Source: the human T2T-CHM13v2.0 reference genome, Homo sapiens. From it: a stretch of 64,000 nt of DNA. Location of the stretch: the NCBI RefSeq assembly GCF_009914755.1, contig NC_060925.1. One strand, written 5' to 3'. The notes below the pieces were generated by a model. It did not search any database and was not told the origin of the DNA. It saw nothing but the letters and a program-made list of their open reading frames with translations. Below, one piece after another: positions 24,718 to 48,964 of this stretch; positions within the stretch are counted from its first letter, which is position 1; each line of letters begins with the position of its first letter. A program made the translations under genes and the position numbers.

Positions 24718-25444
24718 CTGCAGATGAAGACAGCAGGTGAGGCCGTGGTCACGCGAGGGCAACCCAGGTGGGCCGTGGCCTACGGTGCGGGGTCTGGGTC
24801 CGGTCCGGGCCCTCTGTCCACACCCTTGCCGGCCCCTGGCTGTCGAGCAGGGCGTCCTGGAGGGGCTGTCTCCACGAGTGTTTCCCCCGAGCTGGCCTCC
24901 TGGCCTCCTGCGGGTGAGAGTGCCTGGGATACAGGCCCTCGCTGGGATACGGGCCCTCGGCCCGGCCTTTGCTCAGGGACCAGGTACGGAGCTCAGTGGC
25001 CCAGGCTGCACTTGGTGGACACCGGTCCTCCCGCACAAACCCCCTCTCTCCCCCCTGCACTTCCAGCCACAGGACCTGTTACCATGGCCCTGCCTTCCTA
25101 AGGGAGGAAACGCCTGCCAGGCGCACAAATCCTCAAGTGGTGTCACTGCACTGGCTCAGGGGCCTCCCTGGCAAGTTACCCCGAGGGGGGCTGAGGCCCA
25201 GCCAGGCCTGTGGGGCTCCTCTTGATGGGCCTAGGCCGGGGTCCTGGGACAAGGGCTGTGAGCAGCAGGGAGACGGAGGCCCTGGAGGACACAGCTCCAG
25301 TCTCTGCACAGGGACGGTCCACTCTCCGCACAGGGACGGTCCACTCTGTCACCCATTCCATGCTGGATTCAGGTCATGGCCTCACAAACTGACCAGGCTG
25401 CCCAGGTGTGAGCCTGCCGGAGGACTCTGGAAGGTGGGGGTGGT

Positions 25445-25662
25445 CGGAATGCTTGAGCTCAGGAGTTGGAGACCCACCTGGGCAACACAGCCCGTCTTTA
25501 CAAAAAGTTTAAAATTAGTCGAGCCTGGTGGTGGGAGCCTGAGGTCCCAGCTACTCAGGAGGCTGAGGTGGGATGATCACCTGAGCCCAGAAGGTGGAGG
25601 CTGCAGTGAACGGAGACTGCACTCCAGCCTGTGCAAGGGGAACTCCGTCTCAAAAAAAAAAA
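25445..25662 (+). mobile_element. Partial old Alu
   Basis: cttgagctcaggagttggagacc…cactccagcctg…ctcaaaaaaaa. Confidence 0.85.
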
Positions 25663-25949
25663 GCATGCTCTCCTCTGATTCAGCTCCTCCTCTCTGATGT
25701 GAAATCCTTTCAGATGGAACGTGTTGAAGTCACAGACATGCTGCTCGCCCCACCCACAGAGTGCAATCAAGTCTTAGTTTGTCCTTTTGTCCCTTTAACA
25801 TTTGCCCAGCAGAGACCGTCTTCCCCTGCTCAGTGGAAAACTCCAGACATCACAGACCCTTCTGCTCCCTCTCTGGTTAAAGGGCATCCTGAGGGCCACA
25901 TTAAGTCACAAAACATCATTTTGATTCAGGAACCAGAAGTCCAAGATTT

Positions 25950-33800
<7,851 letters not shown>

Positions 33801-33813
33801 ATTACTCACAAAC

Positions 33814-34710
<897 letters not shown>

Positions 34711-35111
34711 CAAACTTTTGAAGTGATGGGTCCAGGTGTGGTTTTATTCTCATTTATCCTGTTTGGGATTCTTAAAACTAAACATTTATGTCTTTCACCA
34801 AATTTGAAAGTTTCTGGTTACTGTTTCTTCAAGTACTTCTGTCCACTGTGCCTCTCCTCTCCTGGACCTCTGTAATTACCCATGTGTTAGACATGTTGAT
34901 ATCACCTAAGGTCCCTGAGGCTTAGATATCACCTACAGGTCCCAGAGGCTCTGTTCATGGTTTTGTTTTATTTTCCTCCAATCACTTCCACCCTTTTTTT
35001 TTTTTCCAGCTTGGATGATTTCTATTCCTCTGTCTTTGAGGACTCTGCCTATTTTCTCTGTTATTTCCCTTCTGTTATGTTCATTCAGTGAATTTTAAAA
35101 TTTCAGATCTT

Positions 35112-35772
<661 letters not shown>

Positions 35773-36339
35773 TGACCTAAAATTCCCATTTGGCTCATTT
35801 AAACATGTTTCCTCGCTGAGATTTCCGGCACTTTGTTCATTATGCGTGCATTTCCCTTTTCTTCACTGAGCACAGACACTAAACCTGCTCCAAAGTGCTT
35901 TTTTGACTATTCCAACAGCTAGGTCATAACACAATTGATATCTGTTGTCTTTCCCTTCGAGAATGGCTCACATTTTCCTGGCTCTTCATATGTTGAGTGA
36001 TTTTGAACTGTACCCTGTACATTGCAAACGTTACATTGTGAAGACACTGGAATTCTGTGATATTCCTCTGAAGAGAATCAATGTTTCTACTTAGCAGGCA
36101 ATTAATTTCATTAGATTCAAACTGCAAACGCTGTCACACCTGCGGTGAGCGGTGGCTCAGGTCACTGCATGGCACAGGGTGCACGCAGGGGTCAGGGGTC
36201 TGCCAGAAACGAGCGGCATCTATACACAGGACTCCTCCCCTCTGGCTCTTTCTGGGGCTTCTACTCTCTTTTTCGAGGAGCTATGGGTGCCTAGCTCCTT
36301 CCCCTGCCTGCTCCTGGAACAAGGAAGATAGCGTACTTT

Positions 36340-36900
<561 letters not shown>

Positions 36901-37259
36901 CAGACAGTGGACTTTCTATCAGTGCGTTAGTCACCCCACACTATCATGTGGGGACTGTGGCTGCCCTCAGGGCAAAGATGCAAAAACAGGAAACTGTGCT
37001 GGTTGCTTCCTCCAAGTCAAAACTTCCCTCCAAAATCTGCCACTCTCCAGAGCCCTCAGGGAGCTGTTTTTCATACTCTGTCCATGGTTATAGTTGTGCT
37101 ATGGCAGGGTCACTCTGTTAGAAGTTTACTCTTTCCCACTGAAGTAGAACCCCATCATACGGCTTTCTGTGTCCAGAAACCAAGGCGATTTTAGTTTCTA
37201 GACGGTGGGCGCTGGTGTTGCTTCCCAGGTGCTCAACTCTGGGCAGTAACAAGCCTGCA

Positions 37260-38535
37260 TGGTCTGGACATGGTGGCTCACACCTAGAATATCAGCTACC
37301 TGGGAGGCTGATGCAAGAGGACTGCTTGAGCCCAGGAGTTCGAAGCCGAAGTGCAGACGCATTCAAGCTGGTCGAGCCGGGAACGCACCTGCACTCCAGC
37401 CTGGGCAACAGAGCGAGGCCCTGTCTCAAAGGAAAAAAAAAAAGCTTTGGCAGCAGGGAACTTGGAGAACATGGGCTGAAAGGATAAGTCTTTTTGTGCT
37501 ACAGATCCTGGGTCTCCAAGGGATGTAAACCTGTTCACTGTCCAACAACAGCAGCAATCAACACTTCCAGAGCACTTGCCACATGCCAGACACCACGCGA
37601 AGGGATTTATACACACAAACTGATTTCACTAATTTCAACAATGCCCCTTATCGCCCCACTTTAAATATGAGGAAAAGACTTGCATAAGACCACACTGTGA
37701 GTAGGCGGCAGGGTTAGGCCCAGGCCAGGCCCTCTGGCTCCAGAATAAACTGGAGTCTGATGGTTTTCAACTGCAACACTCAACAAATATGTTCAGTATG
37801 TCTGGCCAACTACCGTAAAAGTTTATAGAAATTTTCAATTTAAGAAGTAAAGGCCAGGAGCAGTGGCTCACACCTGTAATCCCAGCACTTTGGAAGGCTG
37901 AGGCTGGAGGATCGCTTGAGGGCAGGAGTTTTAAGACCGGCCTGGGCAATACACCGAAACCCCTTACAGAAATCAGCCAGGCGTGATGGCACATGCCTGT
38001 GATCCCAGCTACTTGGGAGGGAGGTGGGAGGATCGCTTGAGTCCAGGAGGTTGAGGCTGCAGTGAGCCGAGATCGCGCCACCACACCCTAGCCTGGATGA
38101 CAGAGTAAGACCCCATCTCAAAAAAAAATAAATAAAAAGTAAAGGCATTGGATTTAAAAAACAATATACCCTTAAATATTAGACTATTAACTAAAGTAAA
38201 AATAATAAGTGTGGACCACGCATGGTGGCTCACACCTGTAATCCTAGCACTTTGGGAGGCCGAGGTGGGTGGATCACGAGGTCAGGAGAGTGAGACCATC
38301 CTGGCTAACATGGTGAAACCCTGTCTCTACTTAAAACACAAAAAAATTAGCTGGGCGGGCGCCTGTAGTCCCAGCTACTCGGGAGGCTGAGGCAGGAGAA
38401 TAGCATGAACCTGGGAAGGTGGAGCTTGCGGTGAGCCGAGATAGCACCACTGCACTCCAGCCTGGGCTACAGAGCGAGACTCTGTCTCAAAAACAAACAA
38501 ATAAATAAATAAATAGATAGATAAATAAATAAAAT
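37260..38535 (+). mobile_element. + strand Alu elements (about 37260-37443 partial, 37852-38135, 38213-38535)
   Basis: Alu consensus with poly-A or (TAAA)n tails. Confidence 0.85.
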
Positions 38536-38549
38536 AGTAATAAGTGTGT

Positions 38550-39224
38550 TGTAGAATTTTCTAGCATACCTAGAAGTGAAATGCGTGCCGACAAGAGCAC
38601 GGAATATAACTGGAGTCCGCTCGCTGAGGTTCTGTGAAGTACATTTAATCTCCAGAGGAACCACTTAAAAAACAACACAAAGAGGCAGAACTAAAAAGTC
38701 AGCAGAGGAGATAAAATTGAAGACAACTTGATCCCTCTACCTACAAAAAAGGAAGCAAAGGAGGAGCAGGGAAAAGCAGGTGGAAAAACAGAAATCGAAC
38801 ATAAAGATGGTAGACTCCAACCCAAACACTCTAACACCTACATTAAATACAAATGGTTAAATTAAATACTTCAATTAAAAACTATCGATTAATGTCACTA
38901 TTAGGGAAATGCAAATCAAAATCAAAATGAAATACTCCACACCCATTAGAATGGCTATTACCAAAAAAACAGAAATAAATGTTGGCAAACGCATGTGGAG
39001 AGAATGGAACCCTTGTGCATGCTGCTGAGAATATAAAATGGTGTGAAAAACAGTATGTCAGTTTCTCAAAAAACTAAACACACACACAAAATTAAACACA
39101 GAATTACTCTATGACCCCGCAACTTTACTTGTGGTTCTACACCCTGAAGAACTGAAAACCAGGACTCCAAGAGACATTTGTACAACCATATCTTAGCAGC
39201 ATTGTTCACCACAACCACCATGTC
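38550..39224 (+). mobile_element. Old L1 3' region (L1MB-like), continuing at about 41730-42030 after the LTR12 and VNTR
   Basis: attagggaaatgcaaatcaaaa, cacacccattagaatggcta, then ccaaaaggtgg…acagatgaatggataaacaaaa…gaatgaaccttgaaaacactatgctaagtgaa. Confidence 0.85.
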
Positions 39225-39228
39225 TTAG

Positions 39229-40659
39229 TGAAAGGTGACAACATGCTAGCAGCCCTCACTCACTCTCAGCACCTCCTGGGCCTCAGCATCCACGCTGGCC
39301 ACACTTGAGGAGCCCTCCAGCCCACCGCTGCACTGTGGGAGCCCCTCTCTGGGCTGGCCGAGGCCGGAGCCGGCTCCCTCTGCTTGCAGGGAGGTGTGGA
39401 GGGAGAGCTGCAGGCGGGAACCGGGGCTGCATGCAGCGTGAGTTCTGGGTGGGTGCAGGCTCGGCGGGCCCCGCACTCAGAGCACCTGCCGGCACCCCCG
39501 GCCCTGGGCAGTGAGGGGTTTAGCACCTGGGCCAGCAGCTGTGGAGGGTCCCCCAGCACTGCCAGCCCCCCTGCACCAGGTTCGAATTCTTGCCGGGCCT
39601 CAGCTGCCTCCACGCGGGGCAGGGCTCGGCAGCCTGCCATGCCCGAGGCCCCCCGCACCCCCGCCCGTGGGCTCCCACACAGCCCGAGCCTCCCCAACGG
39701 GCACCACCCCCTGCTCCGCGGCACCCGATCCCATCAACCACCCAAGGGCTGAGGAGTGTAGCGCACGGCACTGGACTGGTGGGCAGCTCTGCCTGCGGCC
39801 AGGCGCTGGGTCCATTAGGCAAAGCCAGCTGGGCTCCTGAGTCGGGTGAGGACTTGGAGAACTTTTATGTCTAGCTGGAGGATTGTAAATGCACCAATCA
39901 GCACTCCGTGTCTAGCTCAGGGTTTGTGGATGCACCAATCAGCACTCTCTGTATCTAGCTAATCCGGTGGGGACTTGGAGAACCTTTATGTCTAGCTACA
40001 GGATTGTAAATACACCAATCAGCACTCTGTGTCTAGCTCAAGGTTTGTAAACGCACCAATCAGCACCTTGTGTCTAGCTCAAGGTTTGTAAATGCACCAA
40101 TCGCTGCTCTGTGTCTAGTTAATCTAGTGGGGACTTGGAGAACTTTTACGTCTAGCTAGAGGACTGTAAATATCATTCTGTGTCTAGCTCAGGGATCGTA
40201 AACGCACTAATCAGCACCCTGTCAAAACAGACCAATCAGCTCTCTATAAAATGGACCAATCAGCTGTCTGTAAAATGGGCCAATCAACAGGATGTGGGTG
40301 GGGTCAGATAAGGGAATAAAAGCAGGCTGCCGGAGCCAGCAGCAGCAACCCACTCGGGTCCCCTTCCACACTATGGAAGCTTTGTTCTTTCGCTCTTTGC
40401 AATAAATCTTGCTGCTGCTCACTCTTTGGGTCTGCACTGCCTTTATGAGCTGTAACACTCACTGCAAAGGTCTGCAGCTTCACTCCTGAAGCCAGTGAGA
40501 CCACGAACCCACCAGAAGGAAGAAACTCCAAACACATCTGAACATCAGAAGGAACAAACTCCGGACACACCATCTTTAAGAACTGTAACACTCACTGCGA
40601 GGGTCTGCGGCTTCATTCTTGAAGTCAGTGAGACCAAGAATCCACCAATTCTAGACACA
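39229..40659 (+). mobile_element. Solo LTR12 (HERV9; LTR12D-like), full length, TSD ttag
   Basis: Starts tgaaaggtgacaacatgctagcagccctc and ends ccaattctagacaca; 4-bp TSD ttag at 39225-39228 and 40660-40663; tandem CCAAT units (caccaatcagcac) at about 39890-40285; GATA/AATAAA core at 40307-40320; second AATAAA at 40401. Confidence 0.93.
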
Positions 40660-41730
40660 TTAGCAGCACCATTCACCACAGCCACCATGTCTCGGCAGCA
40701 CCATTCACCACAGCCCCATGTCTCAGCACTGTTCACCACAGCCACCATGTCTCAGCAGCACCGTCCACCACAGCCACCATGTCTCAGCACCGTTCACCAC
40801 AGCCACCATGTCTCAGCAGCACCGTTCACCACAGCCACCATGTCTCAGCAGCACCGTTCACCACAGCCACCATGTCTCAGCAGCACCGTCCACCACAGCC
40901 ACCATGTCTCGGCACCGTTCACCACAGCCACCATGTCTCAGCAGCACCGTCCACCACAGCCACCATGTCTTGGCACTGTTCACCACAGCCACCATGTCTC
41001 GGCACCGTTCACCACAGCCACCATGTCTCAGCAGCACCGTCCACCACAGCCACCATGTCTCGACACCGTTCACCACAGCCACCATGTCTCAGCAGCACCG
41101 TCCACCACAGCCACCATGTCTCGGCAGCACCGTCCACCACAGCCACCATGTCTCGGCACCATTCACCACAGCCACCATGTCTCGGCACCGTCCACCACAG
41201 CCACCATGTCTCGGCACCGTTCACCACAGCCACCATGTCTCAGCAGCACCGTCCACCACAGCCACCATGTCTCGGCAGCACCGTTCACCACAGCCACCAT
41301 GTCTCAGCACCATCCACCACGGCCACCATGTCTCAGCAGCACCGTCCACCACAGCCACCATGTCTCGGCAGCACCGTTCACCACAGCCACCATGTCTCGG
41401 CACCGTTCACCACAGCCACCATGTCTGCAGCAGCATTGTTCACCACAGCCACCATGTCTCGGCACCATCCACCACGGCCACCATGTCTCAGCAGCACCGT
41501 CCACCACAGCCACCATGTCTCGGCAGCACCGTCCACCACAGCCACCATGTCTCGGCAGCACCGTTCACCACAGCCACCATGTCTCAGCACCATCCACCAC
41601 GGCCACCATGTCTCAGCAGCACCGTCCACCACAGCCACCATGTCTCGGCAGCACCGTTCACCACAGCCACCATGTCTCGGCACCGTTCACCACAGCCACC
41701 ATGTCTGCAGCAGCATTGTTCACCACAGCC
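40660..41730 (+). repeat. L1-derived VNTR, 29/32-bp unit (gca)gcaccgttcaccacagccaccatgtctc(a/g), about 35 copies
   Basis: Direct inspection; the array ends by running into L1 sequence gcagcattgttcaccacagccaaaaggtgg. Confidence 0.95.
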
Positions 41731-42081
41731 AAAAGGTGGGAGCAAGTGTCCACCCACAGATGAATGGATAAACAAAAGGTGGTCTATACAGACCGTGGAA
41801 TATTCTACAGTCCTGAAAAGAAATTTTGGACGCATGCTACAACAGGAATGAACCTTGAAAACACTATGCTAAGTGAAAGCAGCTCATCACAACAGGACAA
41901 ATACTGTATGATTCTACTCATGAGGTTCCCAGGGTTGTCGAATTCATAGAGACAGAAAAGACAACGGTGGTTGCCAGGGGCTGGGGGGCAGGGAGGAATG
42001 GGGAGTTAGTGTTTAATGGGAACAGTTTCCTTTCCTTTTTCCTTTCCTCTTTTCTCCTTTCTTTCCTTTCCTCCTTTTTAA

Positions 42082-42330
<249 letters not shown>

Positions 42331-42334
42331 CCTG

Positions 42335-42966
42335 TCTTAATGCATGTGTACTAGATAAACATGCATGTAACGCAGGACCCATGTTCACTGAGAGGTGAGA
42401 TTTCACATTTACATGTAAGACAATTAGGCCCTATATGGCCAAAGGTGAGGCGCGGCCCGGGAGTCACTCCAGTCACATCCTCCATAGACCAGCAGAACCA
42501 GTCCGTGGCCAGTGGTGTCTTATCAGGAGGAAGTTATGGAAAGTGACGCTGTAGTTATGGCCGTGAAATGGGGGGTCAGTTAGTGCCTGGCAGCGAGCCA
42601 TCACTGTTTCCATACCGCTTGTCTCAGGCCAGTGCCTGCTTAACTGCTAGAGGAAAAGAAAACCCAAGCCTTATTCTTTAACTGTAAGGGTGTGTGACTT
42701 AACCCCGGCCTGGCACGGCCTTAGGTCCTGATTATAACTCGGCGTCTTATTGCCGCAGAGTCTGTCAGTCTCGTGATCTCCACTTTAACACTAATGTTGG
42801 TCAGTTGTGTCTAAACTGAAAAAGGGTGGCAGTATAACCAGGTGTGTCCAACCTCCCATCCTTTTATGGCCGGAAACTCAATTTTTAAGGTTTCTCTGGG
42901 GTCCCCTTGACCAAGAGGGAGCTCGTTCAGTCGGCGGGGGACTTAGGATTTTATTCTTAGTTTACA
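42335..42966 (-). mobile_element. MER4-group ERV1 LTR
   Basis: The reverse complement begins tgtaaactaagaataaaatcctaagtcccccc…ctcttggtcaaggggacccc, typical of MER4-family 5' ends. Confidence 0.7.
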
Positions 42967-43859
42967 ACATCAGTAATAAAATTAATAGGCAAATCAAAGA
43001 ATGGGAGATAGTCACAGTACACGTACCAGACAAAAGCCCTGAATATGGAATATATAAAGGACTTTCACAATCTGGTCATCAAAAAAATGGGCAAAAGACA
43101 TCCTCGGACACTCAGAAAACGTGTGCGAATGGCAACAGATGAGTGGACAGTGCTCAACACGGGTGAGCGTCAGGGAAATGCAAACTAAAGCCTCCACGAC
43201 CAAACGGCACTCAGCCTCTCGGCTGTGGGGACACACAGAACCGCTGGGACTTCCACACCTGGGATGCAGCCTTCCCCCCGGGCACGTTCCCAAGAGAAAC
43301 AACACACGCCCGCCAAACACGTGCACAAAAATAGGCCCAACTCTTCAGACAGCGGAAACCCACCCGGGCGCCCTCAGAGACGACGAGCACGCAACAGCGC
43401 ATCCCACACCCACTCCTTGTGCAGCACCTCAGAGGAAGCTCAACAACAGTTCTCTGCGTGAGCCGTGGCAGACGCAAAACCGCCCGCACGTGTGACTCCT
43501 AACACTCAGAGTGTCGGTAAAATCACAGCAGCGCTCCTGTCTGGCGCGGCAGGCGGGCGCTGGAGCAGCCTGCGAGGCAATCTCCATGGATCACAGGCAG
43601 ATTCTACATCACGACAGGAGTCTGGTGAATCCTTTGTCAAAACAATTGAACTGGACACAAGCTCTGTGTGTTTCACTGCATGTAAATTATGCCTTAGTAA
43701 CTAAACACATGCATTTTCTATTTTGAAAATCTCATTGGAGCCAAAAAGCTAAATAATGGGATGAAAATTTCTACAAGGCAATGAAAAATTTAGTGAGAAT
43801 TTAAATTGTGCTATACACTCTTTGACCACTCTTATTTTCCCTTAGAAGAACTGGTTTCA

Positions 43860-44171
<312 letters not shown>

Positions 44172-44649
44172 TCAAGAAAAAAATGATGCCTCAGGTCACT
44201 GTGATTTTAAATAAGTAACATCTTGCAAAACAACCCTGTAAAAGCAACCACCGGCTGGGGCAGTGGGTAGACCACACCCACGCTCACCGTAACTCCAGCC
44301 GCCCAGGCAGCAGTAACTGAAAAGGGGAGGCGGGAGGGTCCACTGGCGGGTTTCTCACGCTGCTGAACCTCGGTAAACACAGCCCCGAGGGCTGGCTGGA
44401 GCTTCCACTGCATCCGTGTAGCTAATGCTGGTCATCTTCGTAGCAAGCAAAGGAAGCCAACGTGAAACGTAGCTTTAAGGGCCCAATAAGAACTGTCTGG
44501 GGCCTCTCTACCTAAAGATCCCTCTCGTGCTTTGATAGAAAACAAATACCGCAAACCCCTTGATGGGGTGTAAAGGAGACATCCCCCTTTGTTGACATGC
44601 ATGGTAGTCGCTGCCCACCTACCCGTGGGCTCAGCACACCGGAGTCGGG

Positions 44650-45926
<1,277 letters not shown>

Positions 45927-46143
45927 TCAGATACATTCTGCCAGTAATAGAGCTCTGAAGGCTCACCTGAGCTCCACACTCCACCTCGGCACACGCAACC
46001 CTCAGCCAGAGTGGTGAGAAGAGGTGGCTCTTTCTTTTCTTTGTGAAACAGGCTGGAGTGCATCGTTGCGATCTCGGCTCACTGCAGTCTCCACCTCCGG
46101 GGCTGAAGCGATCCTCCTGCCTCAGTCCCTCGAGTAGCTGGGA

Positions 46144-46926
<783 letters not shown>

Positions 46927-47449
46927 GGGCCACAGGTGCTTGCCCCCATGCCTGGATAATATTTTTTATTTTTTATAGAGACGAGGTCTCCCTATGTTGC
47001 CCAGACTGGTCTCAAGCGATCTCCCACCCCAGCACCCACAGCGCTAGCTGTTCTTTAAATGAGCTACCCAGTAAGTCAAAGCTCAGGTGGAGAGCAGCCG
47101 CAAGGCAGGGAGCAGCTGGGAGGTATCTCAGGGGTTCCCGGGATGCTGCCTGTGCACCCCAGGGCTGAGGTGACTGCGTGTGGAAACACCTGCCTGACTG
47201 GCTTTTAGGAGGAGTACTGGGGGCGGGATGTGTGTCAGGAAAACAACGTTTCTGTATAATTCATAAACATGTATGTTAAAAACAACGTGGCCATGACGGA
47301 TCCTGGCTGAATGCAAACGGGGAACATAAACCTGAGTAATCAGGCGCATCACTGAACATCCCAGGCGGCCGCCCCTACCCTGGGGCTCAAAACCGGCTCC
47401 CTCTGCGAGGGTTTCCCAGGTTAAGCCATCAGGAAACAGGAAGACGCCT

Positions 47450-47648
47450 AAGAACGATACACTGGACTTTGGGGACTCGGAGGGAAGGGTGGGAGGGGGA
47501 CAAGGATAAAAAGCTACAAATAGGGTGCAGTGCGTACTGCTCGGGTGATGGGAGCACCAAAATCTCACAAATCACCACTAAAGAGCTTACCCATGTAACC
47601 AAGTAACCAAACACCACCTGTACCCCAGTAACTTACGGAAAAATAAAA
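47450..47648 (+). mobile_element. L1 3'-end fragment (L1PB/L1MA-like)
   Basis: tggactttggggactc…gggtgatgggagcaccaaaatctcacaaatcaccactaaaga…catgtaaccaa…caccacctgtacccc. Confidence 0.8.
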
Positions 47649-48674
47649 GAGGAAGACGCAGCTCTGCCTTCTCTGCACACCCTGGTAATACTAAGAAAAA
47701 TGAAAACCAAAAAAAGGAGGCCAAGTTTGACATCCTGAAATTTAACAGGACGAGGCGGCTAAGAATTCAGCCACAAAATAGTTCCCGGGGAAGAAGCCGC
47801 GTTTGCTTTGAAACGCGGTAAGAAATGCCCCCGAACACCTGGGCTTAAATTACACCCAAACTCAATCATCGACTCGCTGCCACCGGAACACGCGCTCCCG
47901 AAAAACTGCACCCCGACTAGCCCTCGGCTACTCCAGGTGACAAACGGACAAAAACAAATCCTAAAGCCTCGCGGGAAAAAGACCTGAATCGTGGCCGACT
48001 TCTAGGACACCGGGGACCGCGCCGGTGCCCCCACTCCCGGCTGCCGGGAAGGCGAGGCGAACGCGCCCCCTTTCTTCCCCCGGGCGCCCGTCCCATCCCC
48101 TCCCCAGGGACCCCCTCCCTGCCCCGAGAACCCCCTCCCCTCCCCAGGTGCCCCCTCTCCCCCAGAGACCCCCTCCCCTCCCCAGGGACCCCCTTCCCTG
48201 CCCCGGGAACCCTTCCCCTCCCCAGGGACCCCCCTCCCTCCCCAGGGACCCCCTCCCCTCCCCAGGGACCCCCTTCCCTGCCCCGGGAACCTTTCCCCTC
48301 CCCAGGGACCCCCCCTCCCCGCTCCGGGAACCCCCTCCCCTCCTTAGGGACCCCCTCCCCACCCCTCCCCGGGGTCCCCCTGCCCTCCTCAGACGCCCCT
48401 TCCCCTCCCCAGGCGTCCCGCTCAGCCCGGGCGCCTTTCCCCCATAGGACCGCGGCCAGGCTCGTTGGGAGGCGGCGACGAGGACGCGGGCCCAGGCGCT
48501 GGCGGCTCCTCCGCGCGCCGCACAATGGGGGACGCGCAGGGAACGTCCCTCGGGCCGGGCCAGGGCCGCCGACCTTTGTCTGCCTCTCGCACTCCCTGCG
48601 CCGACCCGGCCGCCCAGACGGACCCCAGCGCCCCAACCCGCTACCCTCACGCCTGCCCCCAGCCCCTCACTCAC

Positions 48675-48704
48675 CCCGGCGCCCTCCGGGTTTCTCTTTC
48701 GTAC
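48675..48704 (-). other. C1orf159: C1orf159 non-coding exon 1 (5' end approximate)
   Basis: GG|gtgagt donor at 48673-48674 inside the CpG island, just downstream of the motif cluster. Confidence 0.65.
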
Positions 48705-48736
48705 ACCCCGCCCTCAGGCGGTGGCGCCGCGCCCCC

Positions 48737-48964
48737 TGGGACTTGTAGTCTTTCTTCCGCCCCGGCCCCGGCGCCAGGCCCCGCAGCTCCCAAAGAAAAC
48801 TACAACTCCCGGCGGCCCGCGCGAGAGCCGCCCTCGCCTGGTGGTACCATCGCGCGCGGCCGTGGGTGGGGCGCCGGGGCGGGGCGCGAAGCGCCCTGGG
48901 AAATGTAGTCCTAGAAGAACCAGCGCATGTCTCGGGTCCCTGACACGGAGGGACTACATTCCCC
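48737..48964. promoter_or_regulatory. Four ZNF143(SBS)/THAP11-type ACTACAnnTCCC motifs (48737-48750 -, 48798-48810 +, 48897-48911 -, 48951-48964 +)
   Basis: tgggacttgtagtc; aactacaactccc; tgggaaatgtagtcc; ggactacattcccc. Confidence 0.82.
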
